Assembly: GCA_963720465.1 (NCBI GenBank)
Contig: OY970393.1
Coordinates: 544,001-608,000 of the forward strand
Reading direction: 5' to 3'
DNA from: Methanobacteriota archaeon
GTDB lineage: Archaea; Halobacteriota; Bog-38; Methanoflorentales; Methanoflorentaceae
DNA length: 64,000 nt
In this document: one piece after another, positions 11,180 to 20,746 of the stretch
Numbering within the stretch: the stretch's first letter is position 1
How the letters are laid out: the number at the start of each line of letters is the position of its first letter
The notes under the pieces: model-generated
Databases searched by the model: none
Seen by the model: the letters and a program-made list of their open reading frames with translations, nothing else
What the model was told of the DNA's origin: nothing
Made by a program: the position numbers and the translations under genes

Positions 11180-11422
11180 GATAAAGCGCGACCATGGCGA
11201 CCGCGTACGCGCAGGGCCGAATCGCACGTAGTAGCTATTCGATGGCAAATCGAGGCTCCCGGCACTTTTGACTGTGTTACCGGCTGACCCATTATTAGCA
11301 CCCGCTGCCCCTGCAATCGCTCTCAATCCACACCTTCACAGTTGCCTCCAATTGTTAAGGGAAATACTTGCAAGCGTGTGACTCCAACGCGCTTTGTATG
11401 GTATATCTCTATGACGGTAAAG

Positions 11423-11493
11423 CGCAGCTTAAAAAAGAAGGGTGTGATAAGCTTCTAGGGCCGAAATGAGTATATATGCTGTACGCCGTTGGA
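11423..11493 (+). repeat. Dispersed 71-bp repeat, copy 1 (copy 2 at 16207..16277)
   Basis: Ungapped hand alignment gives 55/71 identical. Confidence 0.8.
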
Positions 11494-11605
11494 TCAAAAA
11501 AATAGTCTATCTAGTGGCATTTTGTGCCTTCGAGACTTACGCCTTCCTTGTCTGTCTTCAGTCGGGACGCGAATATAGCCTATAACTTTCACGCTATGCG
11601 CATTC

Positions 11606-11809
11606 TTATGACTCTCGAATCAGGCACGACATGTCAGCCTCATTCTGATGGTCGTCTAAGCAGGCAAGGGCCAGCCGAATTATATCATCTTGGGATAGTT
11701 CCTGCTTCTTGGTCTCCTGTATCTTGAGTTTGAGCAGAATAAGCCACTCTCTCGTATCCTTCGAGACGGTTATGGTCGTCTTATCTTGCACGCTTACCAT
11801 TTTCACCAT
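11606..11809 (-). CDS. Ribbon-helix-helix / antitoxin-like small protein
   Basis: KTTITVSKDTREWL..LK...SQDDIIRLAL, an archaeal RHH pattern. GGGAG RBS. Confidence 0.7.
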   Translation of the reverse strand: MVKMVSVQDKTTITVSKDTREWLILLKLKIQETKKQELSQDDIIRLALACLDDHQNEADMSCLIRES

Positions 11810-12425
11810 TCTCCCTATACGGCTTTGGCCATAAGGTAATGCTAGTAATTATGATACTGTCAATGTGTATATGGTTACGGGTTGCCCAGAGGGCCTGCCC
11901 AAAAATTACGACAGCTTTTGCGGAGGTCGACTAATGTAGAGGCGCACAAATAGAAAATGCCTCTATGAAGCCTAACTAGTGCCAAGTCATCTCAAGGTCG
12001 GTTCTTGGAAAAAAGATATGACGGGCGGCAGAAGAAAAGTGGTTGAATAAATGAAAAACAGCGTGCATAATTTATTTTACAACGAAGATAGGCAGTGTGC
12101 AGAGCTTTAGAAAAAACAGCCAAAACTTCCGATAAGACGCCTGAACCTCCGTCTTCACACGTCGATAATCATTTGTTATTGATCTAGCGTGGGATCCTAA
12201 CCAGGACATCAGGAAAGAGTCTAAGCGTCCACCATTGAGGGCACGTCGCCTATATCAGGCGGAGACCTTGTTTGGATGAGATATGTGGCTAACCTTTATC
12301 TATAAATGGTCACCTGGATAAAGATGAGCCAATGGTGAAACCGAGCTGTTCAGGTCGGTTTTAATTAATCACCGTCGATCACAATAATTACGCCAATATT
12401 TGGAGATATATCAAGAGGCAATACT

Positions 12426-13661
12426 TTGAAAAAAGCATGCGTCCTCACCAATGGCTGTCCGGAGAACCAGTTAGACTCTGGCCGCGTGAAGACGTATTTA
12501 GAGGGAAATGGGTGGCAGATAGCAGATAACGTTACAGATGCTGATCTTATCCTCTTTAATGCCTGTGCGTTGACTCAACCCTTAGAGTTAAACTCGATTC
12601 ATCTCATTCAGCACATTAAGAAACAAATAAAAGATGATCAGCGATTGATCGTGTGGGGATGCCTGCCCAAAATAGACCCTGAAAAGCTTTTCCAGACGCA
12701 TCAGGAGCTTTCTTTCGGAGAACGAGAAGTCGGCAAGCTGGACGAAGTAATTAAGGCTACAACGTCGATAAATGAAGTAACTGCCAACGAAATTTGCCGG
12801 CCGGTGTCTAAAACAAGCACACGGCATCGTCTTCGTAAACTCGACCGTTTACCTATTAAACTTCTTTATCTGCCGTATCTAAGGCTGACAGCAGGTAATT
12901 GCCTGTGTCGACGCGATGACCCTTCAATCTTTTACATCAAGATAGCGACTGGCTGTTTAGGAAACTGTTCGTATTGTGCGGTGAAGAAATCCCGTGGTAA
13001 CATCAAGAGCAAACCCATTGATGAGGTCATGGATGAATTCAAGGCCGGACTCAGCCGTGGGTTCAAAGAGTTCAGCCTACTGGGAACGGACTTGGGACCA
13101 TATGGGCGAGACCTCGGTTATGACTATGACCTGGCAGACCTTCTCACCAAAATGGTAAGTGAAAACGGCGATTTTAAGATTGGCCTGCGTAATATCCATC
13201 CCCTCTTTCTAAAACAGATGATTAACGAGTTAGTTCCCGCTTTTGCGACAGGAAAGATATGGTTTACCGGGGTCCCTGTTGAGTCCGGAAGCGACCGGAT
13301 CTTAAGGCTGATGAAGCGGGGATATAGTATTGCTGATGTCAAGGAAAGCATCCGACGACTGAAAGAGGCGCATCCGGACCTGTTCATTCAGACTCAGATT
13401 ATGGTAAACTTCCCAACCGAAACAGCGAAAGAGTTTGCTGAGTCCATGAGCCTGTTCGACGAATCTAATTTCGACTATGCCGAAATCTATGCATTTTCAC
13501 CACGTCCGGGCACCACTGCTGCAGACATGGACGGTAGAGTTCCTGGCAGGGTAGCCTACTTCCGGGAATTGCGAATGGTAACTCGAGCCTTATCCTACGC
13601 GCTCTCCGATCGATTATTCCGTGAAACCGCATTAGGTGAAGAAAATATACACGCAATCTAA
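12426..13661 (+). CDS. MiaB/RimO/MtaB-family radical SAM methylthiotransferase lacking a TRAM domain
   Basis: UPF0004 cysteines (GCPEN, NACA, GCLP), CxxxCxxC (CLGNCSYC), ESGSDRIL.LMKR.Y and FSPRPGT. Ends about 45 aa later. TTG start with GAGG RBS. Confidence 0.85.
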   Translation: MKKACVLTNGCPENQLDSGRVKTYLEGNGWQIADNVTDADLILFNACALTQPLELNSIHLIQHIKKQIKDDQRLIVWGCLPKIDPEKLFQTHQELSFGEREVGKLDEVIKATTSINEVTANEICRPVSKTSTRHRLRKLDRLPIKLLYLPYLRLTAGNCLCRRDDPSIFYIKIATGCLGNCSYCAVKKSRGNIKSKPIDEVMDEFKAGLSRGFKEFSLLGTDLGPYGRDLGYDYDLADLLTKMVSENGDFKIGLRNIHPLFLKQMINELVPAFATGKIWFTGVPVESGSDRILRLMKRGYSIADVKESIRRLKEAHPDLFIQTQIMVNFPTETAKEFAESMSLFDESNFDYAEIYAFSPRPGTTAADMDGRVPGRVAYFRELRMVTRALSYALSDRLFRETALGEENIHAI

Positions 13662-13975
13662 CCCATATCGGTCTGCAAACTGACGATTTTTCGGGTAGGT
13701 TTCTGCTAGGACAAGCAAAAGAAAAGGGAACCACTAACCTCACTCCCTCTTCTTTTATCAACGTTTCCAGAATTGACCACCCCTCCAACTAAGCATCTGG
13801 CTTTTCTTTTACCCTTACACAGACTAGACCCCAATTCCTATAGTATGACTTCAGATTTTCTTTCAACATTCTGTGGGATCTTTTCAAGGAAAAGTTGGGA
13901 AGAAAAGGTAAGATCACTTCGCACGTGCAGAAAGCTTCACCGCCTCAAAGAGCGTCGGTCAGATCATCTAGCAAA

Positions 13976-14128
13976 TCAATCTAGTATCGTCCCACATCTT
14001 CGGCGTCGCCGCTCCAAACAGTCTAAAGCCGTGTTTATGAGACTGTCTAAAGTATCGTCAACTGTCCTCAGGTTCTTGATACGTGCTCGCGTGCTCTCTT
14101 TAATCCTTATTGTTACAGCCTTTTCCAT
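13976..14128 (-). CDS. RHH/antitoxin-like small protein (50 aa, below ORF-track cutoff)
   Basis: Hand translation: MEKAVTIRIKESTRARIKNLRTVDDTLDSLINTALDCLERRRRRCGTILD. GAGG RBS, 28 nt downstream of the SPASM gene. Confidence 0.65.
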   Translation of the reverse strand: MEKAVTIRIKESTRARIKNLRTVDDTLDSLINTALDCLERRRRRCGTILD

Positions 14129-14156
14129 ACTTATGCCTCTTCTTCTCCCGCTCTAC

Positions 14157-15317
14157 CTAATTTGAGGCCAGTTTTCGTATAAGCGGCATAATTGCGGGCC
14201 TCACGCTCTTCGCTGGCTCGACAGATACATCCATCTCCAGGCCGACGGATCCGATCATCTCCTCGTTGAAACGATCTGCGATCTCATCAAAGATCCTCTT
14301 ATATGCAAGGCAATGTGGATCAACGCCCATAATCTCGCCGCTAGTAGACGCCATTGCGTTGTAAGGGCAGCCTCCCCTACAGTAGCGAATATGCTTGCAA
14401 CCTTTGCACTCCTCATCCACATACTCCTTAAAGCGGCGCATCAGAAGTCCAGCAGCTGATTCGGCCAGATCCTTCTGGCTGGGGCGATCCCGGACGTGGC
14501 CCATAACGTATTCCGGCATGCCCACGAAGCGGTAGCATGGATAAATGCTTCCATCCGGGCCGACGGCAAACGTATTCTCCATGCAGTCCACAAAGGTGCA
14601 GACCGTGCCACGCCTAGTTAAGACGCATCTGCAGTAGTCGTTGATGTTTCTGACCTCAATACGGTTCATGTTATCAAGGTACCTATCCATCAGATAGACA
14701 AGAAGCTCGCCGTACTTCTCCGGAGAGAGCGCCCACTTATCCGGCTCGTCACTGCGCAGGGACGGCAAAGCTGGATGCAGCTTAAGAGTCAGCCCGTTTT
14801 CAAGGAAATGATTGAATATCTTCTCTTTGAACTGCACAGAATAAGAGGTGAACGTGCAGATAAACTGCACCTGCAAGCCGTGGCTCTTGGCCAATTCGTA
14901 TCCTTTCATGGTTCTCTCATAGTAGCCCTCCGATCGTTGCAGGTCGTTCAAATCCTGAGGGCCGTCTAGGCTTGAGCCTATGGGAATATTGTTATCAGAC
15001 AGGACCTCCGCTAGCTCGGGCGTAAGCTTCCAGAGGTTGGTTTGCAGGGCGAAATTGGGCTCAATATGCTCGAGCTTTGTTGAGAGCATAGGCAGAGCCT
15101 GTCTGTAGAAATCAGCTCCGGCTAGGAGGGGTTCCCCCCCGTGAAATGTAAATGTGACAGGATCATTTCTGAAGTCCTTAAGCCAGGCCACAATATCCTT
15201 GACGGTCTCTATGCTCATCATAGGCGAACCCACCTCGGAACTCCAGCAGTAAGCGCATTTCGAAGGGCAGCCAAGGGTAGGAATGATCATGACGTGAAAG
15301 GGCCTTTTTTGTTTCAT
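14157..15317 (-). CDS. Radical SAM/SPASM peptide-modifying enzyme (methanogen TIGR04083-like)
   Basis: CPSKCAYC, FHGGEPLL, SLDGP and SPASM cysteines (IYPC...CKGCKHIRYCRGGCP...HC). Confidence 0.9.
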   Translation of the reverse strand: MKQKRPFHVMIIPTLGCPSKCAYCWSSEVGSPMMSIETVKDIVAWLKDFRNDPVTFTFHGGEPLLAGADFYRQALPMLSTKLEHIEPNFALQTNLWKLTPELAEVLSDNNIPIGSSLDGPQDLNDLQRSEGYYERTMKGYELAKSHGLQVQFICTFTSYSVQFKEKIFNHFLENGLTLKLHPALPSLRSDEPDKWALSPEKYGELLVYLMDRYLDNMNRIEVRNINDYCRCVLTRRGTVCTFVDCMENTFAVGPDGSIYPCYRFVGMPEYVMGHVRDRPSQKDLAESAAGLLMRRFKEYVDEECKGCKHIRYCRGGCPYNAMASTSGEIMGVDPHCLAYKRIFDEIADRFNEEMIGSVGLEMDVSVEPAKSVRPAIMPLIRKLASN

Positions 15318-15861
15318 CGTTTATTTGACCTTCTTTAAAACTACTTTCAAACTACTAATAGTATATCTTCAGCACCTCTCTTTTTGGTCGCTCTGTCATT
15401 CCCGCGAGTTCCGAATCCCCGCGACCTCTGTGCTTAGACACATGCTCATTGTGCGATCCTCTTCCACGTGCTCTCACTCGAGATAAACGCGTGTCCCAAG
15501 CGCTGCACTACCTCCTGTAGCACCGCAGCCGCAGGGGCGTTGCGGTTTAGATTTACCTGAAGCTCAGCGGCGTTCAGCACAGCGAGAAGAGCGTTCTTGG
15601 TGCCGGGTATAAAGGCTGAGGGAGCGAGGCGGTTGGCGGTATTCTTGAGCTGTTGAATATCCGCAAGGCGCTCGCCTTGCCGACCACCTTGACGTTGGCG
15701 CCGCTGTTGGTGCTGCCGGCAAAGGTGCTTAAAAGACAACGTCCCCCCATCGTTGCCACCAGCGACTGCAGACGCTATATATAGTTACGTGCGGTGAACC
15801 TTAAATCACGTGCACACATCTGTGTCGTTGGGTGCGTGACTCAGCCAACGCGCATCTCTGG

Positions 15862-16047
15862 TTAAGCGACTTCCGCAAGTTCGCAGAACAATTTGGGGAT
15901 GTCATCAGCTGAGATGCGACTAACCGCAAGTATGTCCTCGCGCACGGGATGACTGGGGTGGATTGGGAACATTACAAGCACCCTCTTACAGAGGATGTCT
16001 ACGAAACTTACATGCGAGACTGGGCGAATGTCGAACTTGCGGGTTGA
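15862..16047 (+). pseudogene. C-terminal remnant of an archaeal tyrosine recombinase/integrase
   Basis: Hand translation: LSDFRKFAEQFGDVIS*DATNRKYVLAHGMTGVDWEHYKHPLTEDVYETYMRDW. RKF...HG...HY catalytic spacing, internal TGA at 15910-15912. Confidence 0.6.
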
Positions 16048-16206
16048 GGTGTGCTAGGACATTGGCTGAACATGTCAAAGAAAAGGTGCAGGCGGTGCTG
16101 CGCGAGTAATCGCGGCCTATTCAGAAGTGACAAATAACCCGCTCAGTTTAGTTTTTAGCCTACCGTTTTGATGCCGCTTATGTGGCTACTCACCTTTGAT
16201 TATTGC

Positions 16207-16277
16207 CGCAGTTGAAAAAAGAGGGGTGTAGTGAGCTTCCAGGGGCGGAATGAATATATTTGCGCTACGCTGTCGAA
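16207..16277 (+). repeat. Dispersed 71-bp repeat, copy 2
   Basis: Aligns without gaps to 11423..11493. Confidence 0.8.
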
Positions 16278-16574
16278 CGGGTAAAAGAAACACGCTGCAC
16301 TTTCGACTTTTTAGGAGTTTTGCGCCCTTCATAGTGGAGGCCACACTTCTACGAAGCGAACGGACTGCACAAGAACTTCCAGCTTCAAATTCCTAGCTAA
16401 TTAGAGACGAACCGCTTATTGTTATAAAAATCTATAGCCAGCCGTTTCCATAGGCGATTTGATAAGACATCGCCCTTTTTGAGCTTAGTTCAGAAAGCTT
16501 CGCATTACTTCTCAATGAACTAGATGAAATGCCAGGTGGCGAATGTTAGGTATCCTCGTAGAAGAGAAGCTTAA

Positions 16575-16608
16575 ATCGTTATTATTGACCAGTCATAACG
16601 CTTAAATA
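16575..16608 (+). promoter_or_regulatory. ModE-type operator CGTTAT-N12-ATAACG abutting TATA box TTAAATA upstream of modA
   Basis: ATCGTTAT tattgaccagtc ATAACG has the half-sites and spacing of the ModE consensus ATCGNTATATA-N6-TATATAACGAT. Confidence 0.75.
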
Positions 16609-16753
16609 TCTTCGAAAGCATTATATCTCCCGCCAAGTGGAAAATGGCTTCTGCACCATTCTCGTGGCCGTGAACACAGCCGAAGCGATGGTAGGAAAAC
16701 CATTTCCGACAAACTCAAAGCTAGCTCGCAAGCGTTAGTTACGGAGGATACGG

Positions 16754-17638
16754 ATGACTAAGAAGAAGATTATACCGATATTGCTTTGCGCATTGTTGAG
16801 CGTGCTCGTCGTCACCACGTGTGGCTGCACGACTACGCAAAACACCCAAAGCACGAAGCTCACTGTTTTTGCTCCAGGGTCGCTTACTGACGCATTTAAT
16901 CAGACGGCTCAGGCCTTTGAAGCCAATAACTCGGGCGTCACTGTCGCCGTTAATTATGCTGCTAGTAACGTTCAGGCGCTCCAAATCGAGCAAGGGGCCT
17001 ATGCGGACGTTTTCGCATCTGCCGATCTAATGCACATGAAGTCCATGCAGGACGCAGGGTTAATGAACAACTCAAGCATAACTATTTTCGCAGAGAATCA
17101 TTTAGCCATTATCGTCCCGACAGGGAACCCTGCGAACATTACCAGTCTGTCCGGCCTTGCGAAGCCAGGAGTAAAACTCGATATCGCGAACAGTTCTACC
17201 CCATGCGGTAATTACACGCTGCAAATGCTCGCACTAGCGTCTAATAACACGACCTACGGCTCCGGCTTTGCGAAAAGCTTCATGGCAAACGTAGTGTCAG
17301 AGGAAGCGATGGTCAACTCCGTCGTAGCCAAGGTGGCGCTCGGTGAGGCCGACGCAGGAGTTGTCACTAAAGCCGACGTACCAGCCGCATATCAGAGTAA
17401 GGTGCAGGTAATCACGGTCCCTAACAGTGTGAACGTCCTTGCCAAATATCCAATCGGGGTAGTCAGCGGCTCGCAGAACGCTCAACTGGCGCAGAGTTTC
17501 ATCAACTATGTTACCTCTCCTGACGGTCAGGCAATCTTGTTGAAGTACGGTTTCCTCATTCCACCGACTTCGCAGAATACGACCACCGCTGCCGCATCAT
17601 CAGTAGCGTCGCAGAGTGCAACCGCTTCTGCGATGTGA
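16754..17638 (+). CDS. modA: Molybdate ABC transporter substrate-binding lipoprotein
   Basis: Lipobox-like CGC, LTVFAPGSL.DAF, QIEQGAYADVFASA, GEADAGVV and YPIGVV. GGAGG RBS. Confidence 0.9.
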   Translation: MTKKKIIPILLCALLSVLVVTTCGCTTTQNTQSTKLTVFAPGSLTDAFNQTAQAFEANNSGVTVAVNYAASNVQALQIEQGAYADVFASADLMHMKSMQDAGLMNNSSITIFAENHLAIIVPTGNPANITSLSGLAKPGVKLDIANSSTPCGNYTLQMLALASNNTTYGSGFAKSFMANVVSEEAMVNSVVAKVALGEADAGVVTKADVPAAYQSKVQVITVPNSVNVLAKYPIGVVSGSQNAQLAQSFINYVTSPDGQAILLKYGFLIPPTSQNTTTAAASSVASQSATASAM

Positions 17639-17849
17639 CCAGTGCCAAACGCCGTAAATAAAGCGTTCGCAGTAAGGTAGGGGCGGCACGTCCTGACAGC
17701 ACCCGCGGTCGCGACAAGCACACCTATGAAGGCCTATAGCATGCTTTGGCCGCGCAGCTGTTCAAAAATTACGACGGGCTCAACGCTTGCTTGAATTTAA
17801 TGTTGAATTGCTAAAGAAAAACCCTTTATACGCCCCCTCGCAGTTTGCA

Positions 17850-17980
17850 GACAACAAAGCCAGGCACCGACCGAGTGAACCAGGGCTCCTGTATCACTCA
17901 GTCGCTCCGCTCCTTCGCTTTGTTTGGTTCATGTGGGCCGCTTTTGTGAGCTATAAATCCCCTCAGTCTAGGGGCCCACG
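17850..17980 (+). ncRNA. Candidate structured non-coding RNA (long hairpin plus three-way junction)
   Basis: Pairings ACAAAGC/GCTTTGT, CGAC-GAGTGA/TCACTC-GTCG, CAGG/CCTG, then GTGGG/CCCAC enclosing GCTT/GAGC and CCCCT/AGGGG. GAAAAACCC-TTTATA lies about 22 nt upstream. Confidence 0.35.
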
Positions 17981-18782
17981 AAGTAAGTTGCCAGCTATTG
18001 AGAAGTCGTCAAAAGTGTCGCAAAATAGCCAGCAAACCACCTTTAGGTTAAATAATTAAAAAAGCTGCCGATATATCATTCATAATCGCTTATGGCAATT
18101 ATGTGGGGGTAACACTTCCTACTCAGTAGCGTTCGCGTGTTCTCGTAAGATGGTCTTGCTCAAAGAACTGCCCGACGTCATAAAGCAATCAGGCGCAGCC
18201 TATGTTGACTGCTTGTCGGGCGCGATCATGAAAGATGCGGATCGGAACGATCAGAGCTACCGTCTTTTTTTGTCGCTCTTTGCTGCCACGGTAACGACAG
18301 GCGCGGTGCGCAGAGTCGAATAAGCAATTAGCGGCATCTGCTACCTGAGCACGTATATGATGTCTATATGCCATATAGGAGAGATGTTGAACTCTCACCT
18401 TAAGGTGACTCATTGGCTAAAGACTCAATTCGTTCTAGCTGAAGTTGTGCTCGAACGCAAGGAGGCACGTTTTTTTTTTCGGAAATCAAGGTGTGCTAAA
18501 ACGGTTTTCGAAATCCTATCGGATGAGAAGCTGTAGATAACAGGGAGTGAGTGATAAGATCAAATTGCCTAAGTCGGTTTTGCGTCAGCTCGTGAACGGG
18601 GCTCTGGAATCCGAGGAAATCGAAAAAAGAAATGTTAAGGGCAATAAAATAGGCCTAGTCCGCATTTTTTATGCGAAAACACTAAAAAAAGAATAGGTGG
18701 GTTGGTTAGATAAAAATAGTGTATAATTATGTGATAAAAGTCCTACAATGTCTTTCAGCGTGGTCTCAAATAGAGCGATATC

Positions 18783-19502
18783 GTGAATAAGCAAGATGTT
18801 ATTGATAAAAGTCCCGTTTACACGGGTGAGAGAGTAATTGAGGGGAAGACTGATTCAATTACTTGGCAGCTGCATGTAGCACGATATCAATTTGCCAGCC
18901 ATTATGCTCGTGGAAGAGTCTTAGACATTGCCTGTGGGACTGGATACGGATGTAAAATACTGCTTAATAGAGCGACGACTCGAATCGTGGGGATAGATAT
19001 TTCGCAAGATGCTATTAACGAAGCCTTAAAACGGTATAAACACGATAGAATCGCTTTTACGGTTGGTAATATACTAGACATTGAGTTACCGAATGAATCG
19101 CAAGACGCAATTACTTGCTTTGAGACGATTGAACACGTCGCGCAGCAAGAGATTGCAATCAGTGAGCTTTGCAGGGTATTGGACCCTAACGGTACACTGA
19201 TCATTTCATGTCCGAATCGTAAAGTAACGTCACCAGGTCGGCCAGCTTCTGACCCGCCACAAAACCCTTTTCACGTTAAAGAGTTTTCGACTGAAGAATT
19301 TACCTCATTCTTATGTCGCCACTTTGGAACAGTGACAGTTTTTGGACAACGAGGAGCGAACAAGATTCTCTTTTTGCCATTCTTGATTCCTTTTACCGGA
19401 TTCGTTAAGTATCTAAACGGATCATCTAGGTTGGAGAGCATTTCATCATTCAAGGAGTATCGCTTTCTCACCGCCGTTTGCAGAGACGCGGTAAAAAGAT
19501 AA
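18783..19502 (+). CDS. Class I SAM-dependent methyltransferase (glycan-locus type)
   Basis: HVARYQFA, VLDIACGTGYG, CFETIEHV, NPFHVKEF. Confidence 0.9.
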   Translation: MNKQDVIDKSPVYTGERVIEGKTDSITWQLHVARYQFASHYARGRVLDIACGTGYGCKILLNRATTRIVGIDISQDAINEALKRYKHDRIAFTVGNILDIELPNESQDAITCFETIEHVAQQEIAISELCRVLDPNGTLIISCPNRKVTSPGRPASDPPQNPFHVKEFSTEEFTSFLCRHFGTVTVFGQRGANKILFLPFLIPFTGFVKYLNGSSRLESISSFKEYRFLTAVCRDAVKR

Positions 19503-19741
19503 AAAAGACCAATGTATCCATTTCATCATACAGTTCAGGGGGCGACCCGTAAATTCTGCGCTCCGTCTCTTCTCGTTCAATGATGAGCAGCCACTCCGGC
19601 GTTCTCTAGGGTTTATACTGCCCGCCCCCTTGGGAGAATGATAACGAGCAGTTTGTTAGGTCACGTGTACGACACGAAGGACAGAGCTATATCTCACAAA
19701 TGCGCACACTTTTGCACAATTGAGCAGAGGCTTGACTTACC

Positions 19742-20206
19742 ATGGCGAATCAATCACACGTCCAAATGCTCCTGCAGGGAGTATCGGTCTGGAACCAATG
19801 GAGAGCGGCGCACCCGGAGATGCGGCCAGATCTCAGTGGGGCGTACCTCACCGGGATCGACCTCACCCAGGCGGATCTTATAAAAGCTGACCTTAGAGGG
19901 GCTGACCTCACCCAAGCTGGCCTTCACGCGGCTGACCTCACCGGGGCTGACCTCACCGGGGCTGACCTCGAAGAGGCTGACCTTACTCGAGCGACCCTCA
20001 TCAAGGCGGATCTTACCGAGGCTGAAGTCAACGAGGCTGACTTTTCTGGTGCGAACCTCACAAAGGCGAACCTCACCAATGCTGTGTTGCGGGGCGCTAA
20101 ACTTGTCAAGGCCGACCTCAGTGAGGCGACCTGTATCGGCGCTGACCTCACCGGGGCCGACACGACGGGAGCGAACACGACGGGCGCGATCTTCGAGCAT
20201 CTTTGA
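19742..20206 (+). CDS. Pentapeptide-repeat protein
   Basis: GVSVWNQWR head followed by tandem A(D/N)LxX repeats. Confidence 0.95.
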   Translation: MANQSHVQMLLQGVSVWNQWRAAHPEMRPDLSGAYLTGIDLTQADLIKADLRGADLTQAGLHAADLTGADLTGADLEEADLTRATLIKADLTEAEVNEADFSGANLTKANLTNAVLRGAKLVKADLSEATCIGADLTGADTTGANTTGAIFEHL

Positions 20207-20425
20207 TCGGCGAGACGGCCCCGGGCGAAGCGTTACGCGAGTCCTTTGAATGAGCAGTTTGCTTCCGCTGCCGGAGCACGTGTATGATATCTATATGAAT
20301 TATTGGAGAAACGTCCAACTCACGAATCGTGAAAGACATGCGGTGAAAGCTAAAAAAGAAAGCAAGATTATTAGAACGGATTCTGCCTGAGCTTAGATCC
20401 ATACTCAAGCAATCCAGGGTGGGAT

Positions 20426-20746
20426 TTAGAAGGTAACGATTTTGTCACTCTCCTTTACAATTGTATATAAATCCGCAAGCGTTGACAGTAGAGACGTTTG
20501 GGAACCTTCGGATTGGCGAATTTTAAGACAGGTGCCACAGGCTAATACGACGCCGCCGCCATCAATGAACGAACGCATCTGTTCTGTAACGTTAAAAGTT
20601 TCAGTATCAATAGATTCGCTCTCTACTCCTTTGCCGCTGAGGAAGGCTTTGACTTCATCGCCCTCCTTAATGGCGTAATTTCCTAATCTGAATGCGTTCC
20701 ACACAGATTCTGGATCGTTTGAATAGATGATAATGCCGAATTTCAC
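20426..20746 (-). CDS. DsrE-family sulfur-relay protein
   Basis: DPESVWNAFRLG...FLSGKGVE...LACGTCLKIR...SDKIVTF. GGAGGTG RBS. Confidence 0.9.
   Translation of the reverse strand: MKFGIIIYSNDPESVWNAFRLGNYAIKEGDEVKAFLSGKGVESESIDTETFNVTEQMRSFIDGGGVVLACGTCLKIRQSEGSQTSLLSTLADLYTIVKESDKIVTF

Noticed and set aside
11190-11350. Ferredoxin relic (GGAGG then VKVWIESDCRGSGC*, minus strand)
   Set aside because: Only a 14-codon resemblance and the rest cannot be reconstructed.
12018-12110. Tiny ORFs (MTGGRRKVVE, MKNSVHNLFYNEDRQCAEL) as precursors for the radical SAM enzymes
   Set aside because: Too short, no leader/core pattern, and 300 bp from the enzyme gene.
15401-15430. CCCGCGAGTTCCGAATCCCCGCG as a tRNA 3' end or att site
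   Set aside because: The T-loop has an extra base, the stem is imperfect, there is no cloverleaf and no second copy in the window.
15446-15759. ORFs upstream of the SPASM gene as its precursor peptide
   Set aside because: Two frames join into what looks like a frameshifted surface-protein tail (ALLAVLNAAELQV) with no Cys motif.
19830-20190. 15-bp periodic repeats as a CRISPR or tandem array
   Set aside because: They are the coding repeats of the pentapeptide protein and have no unique spacers.
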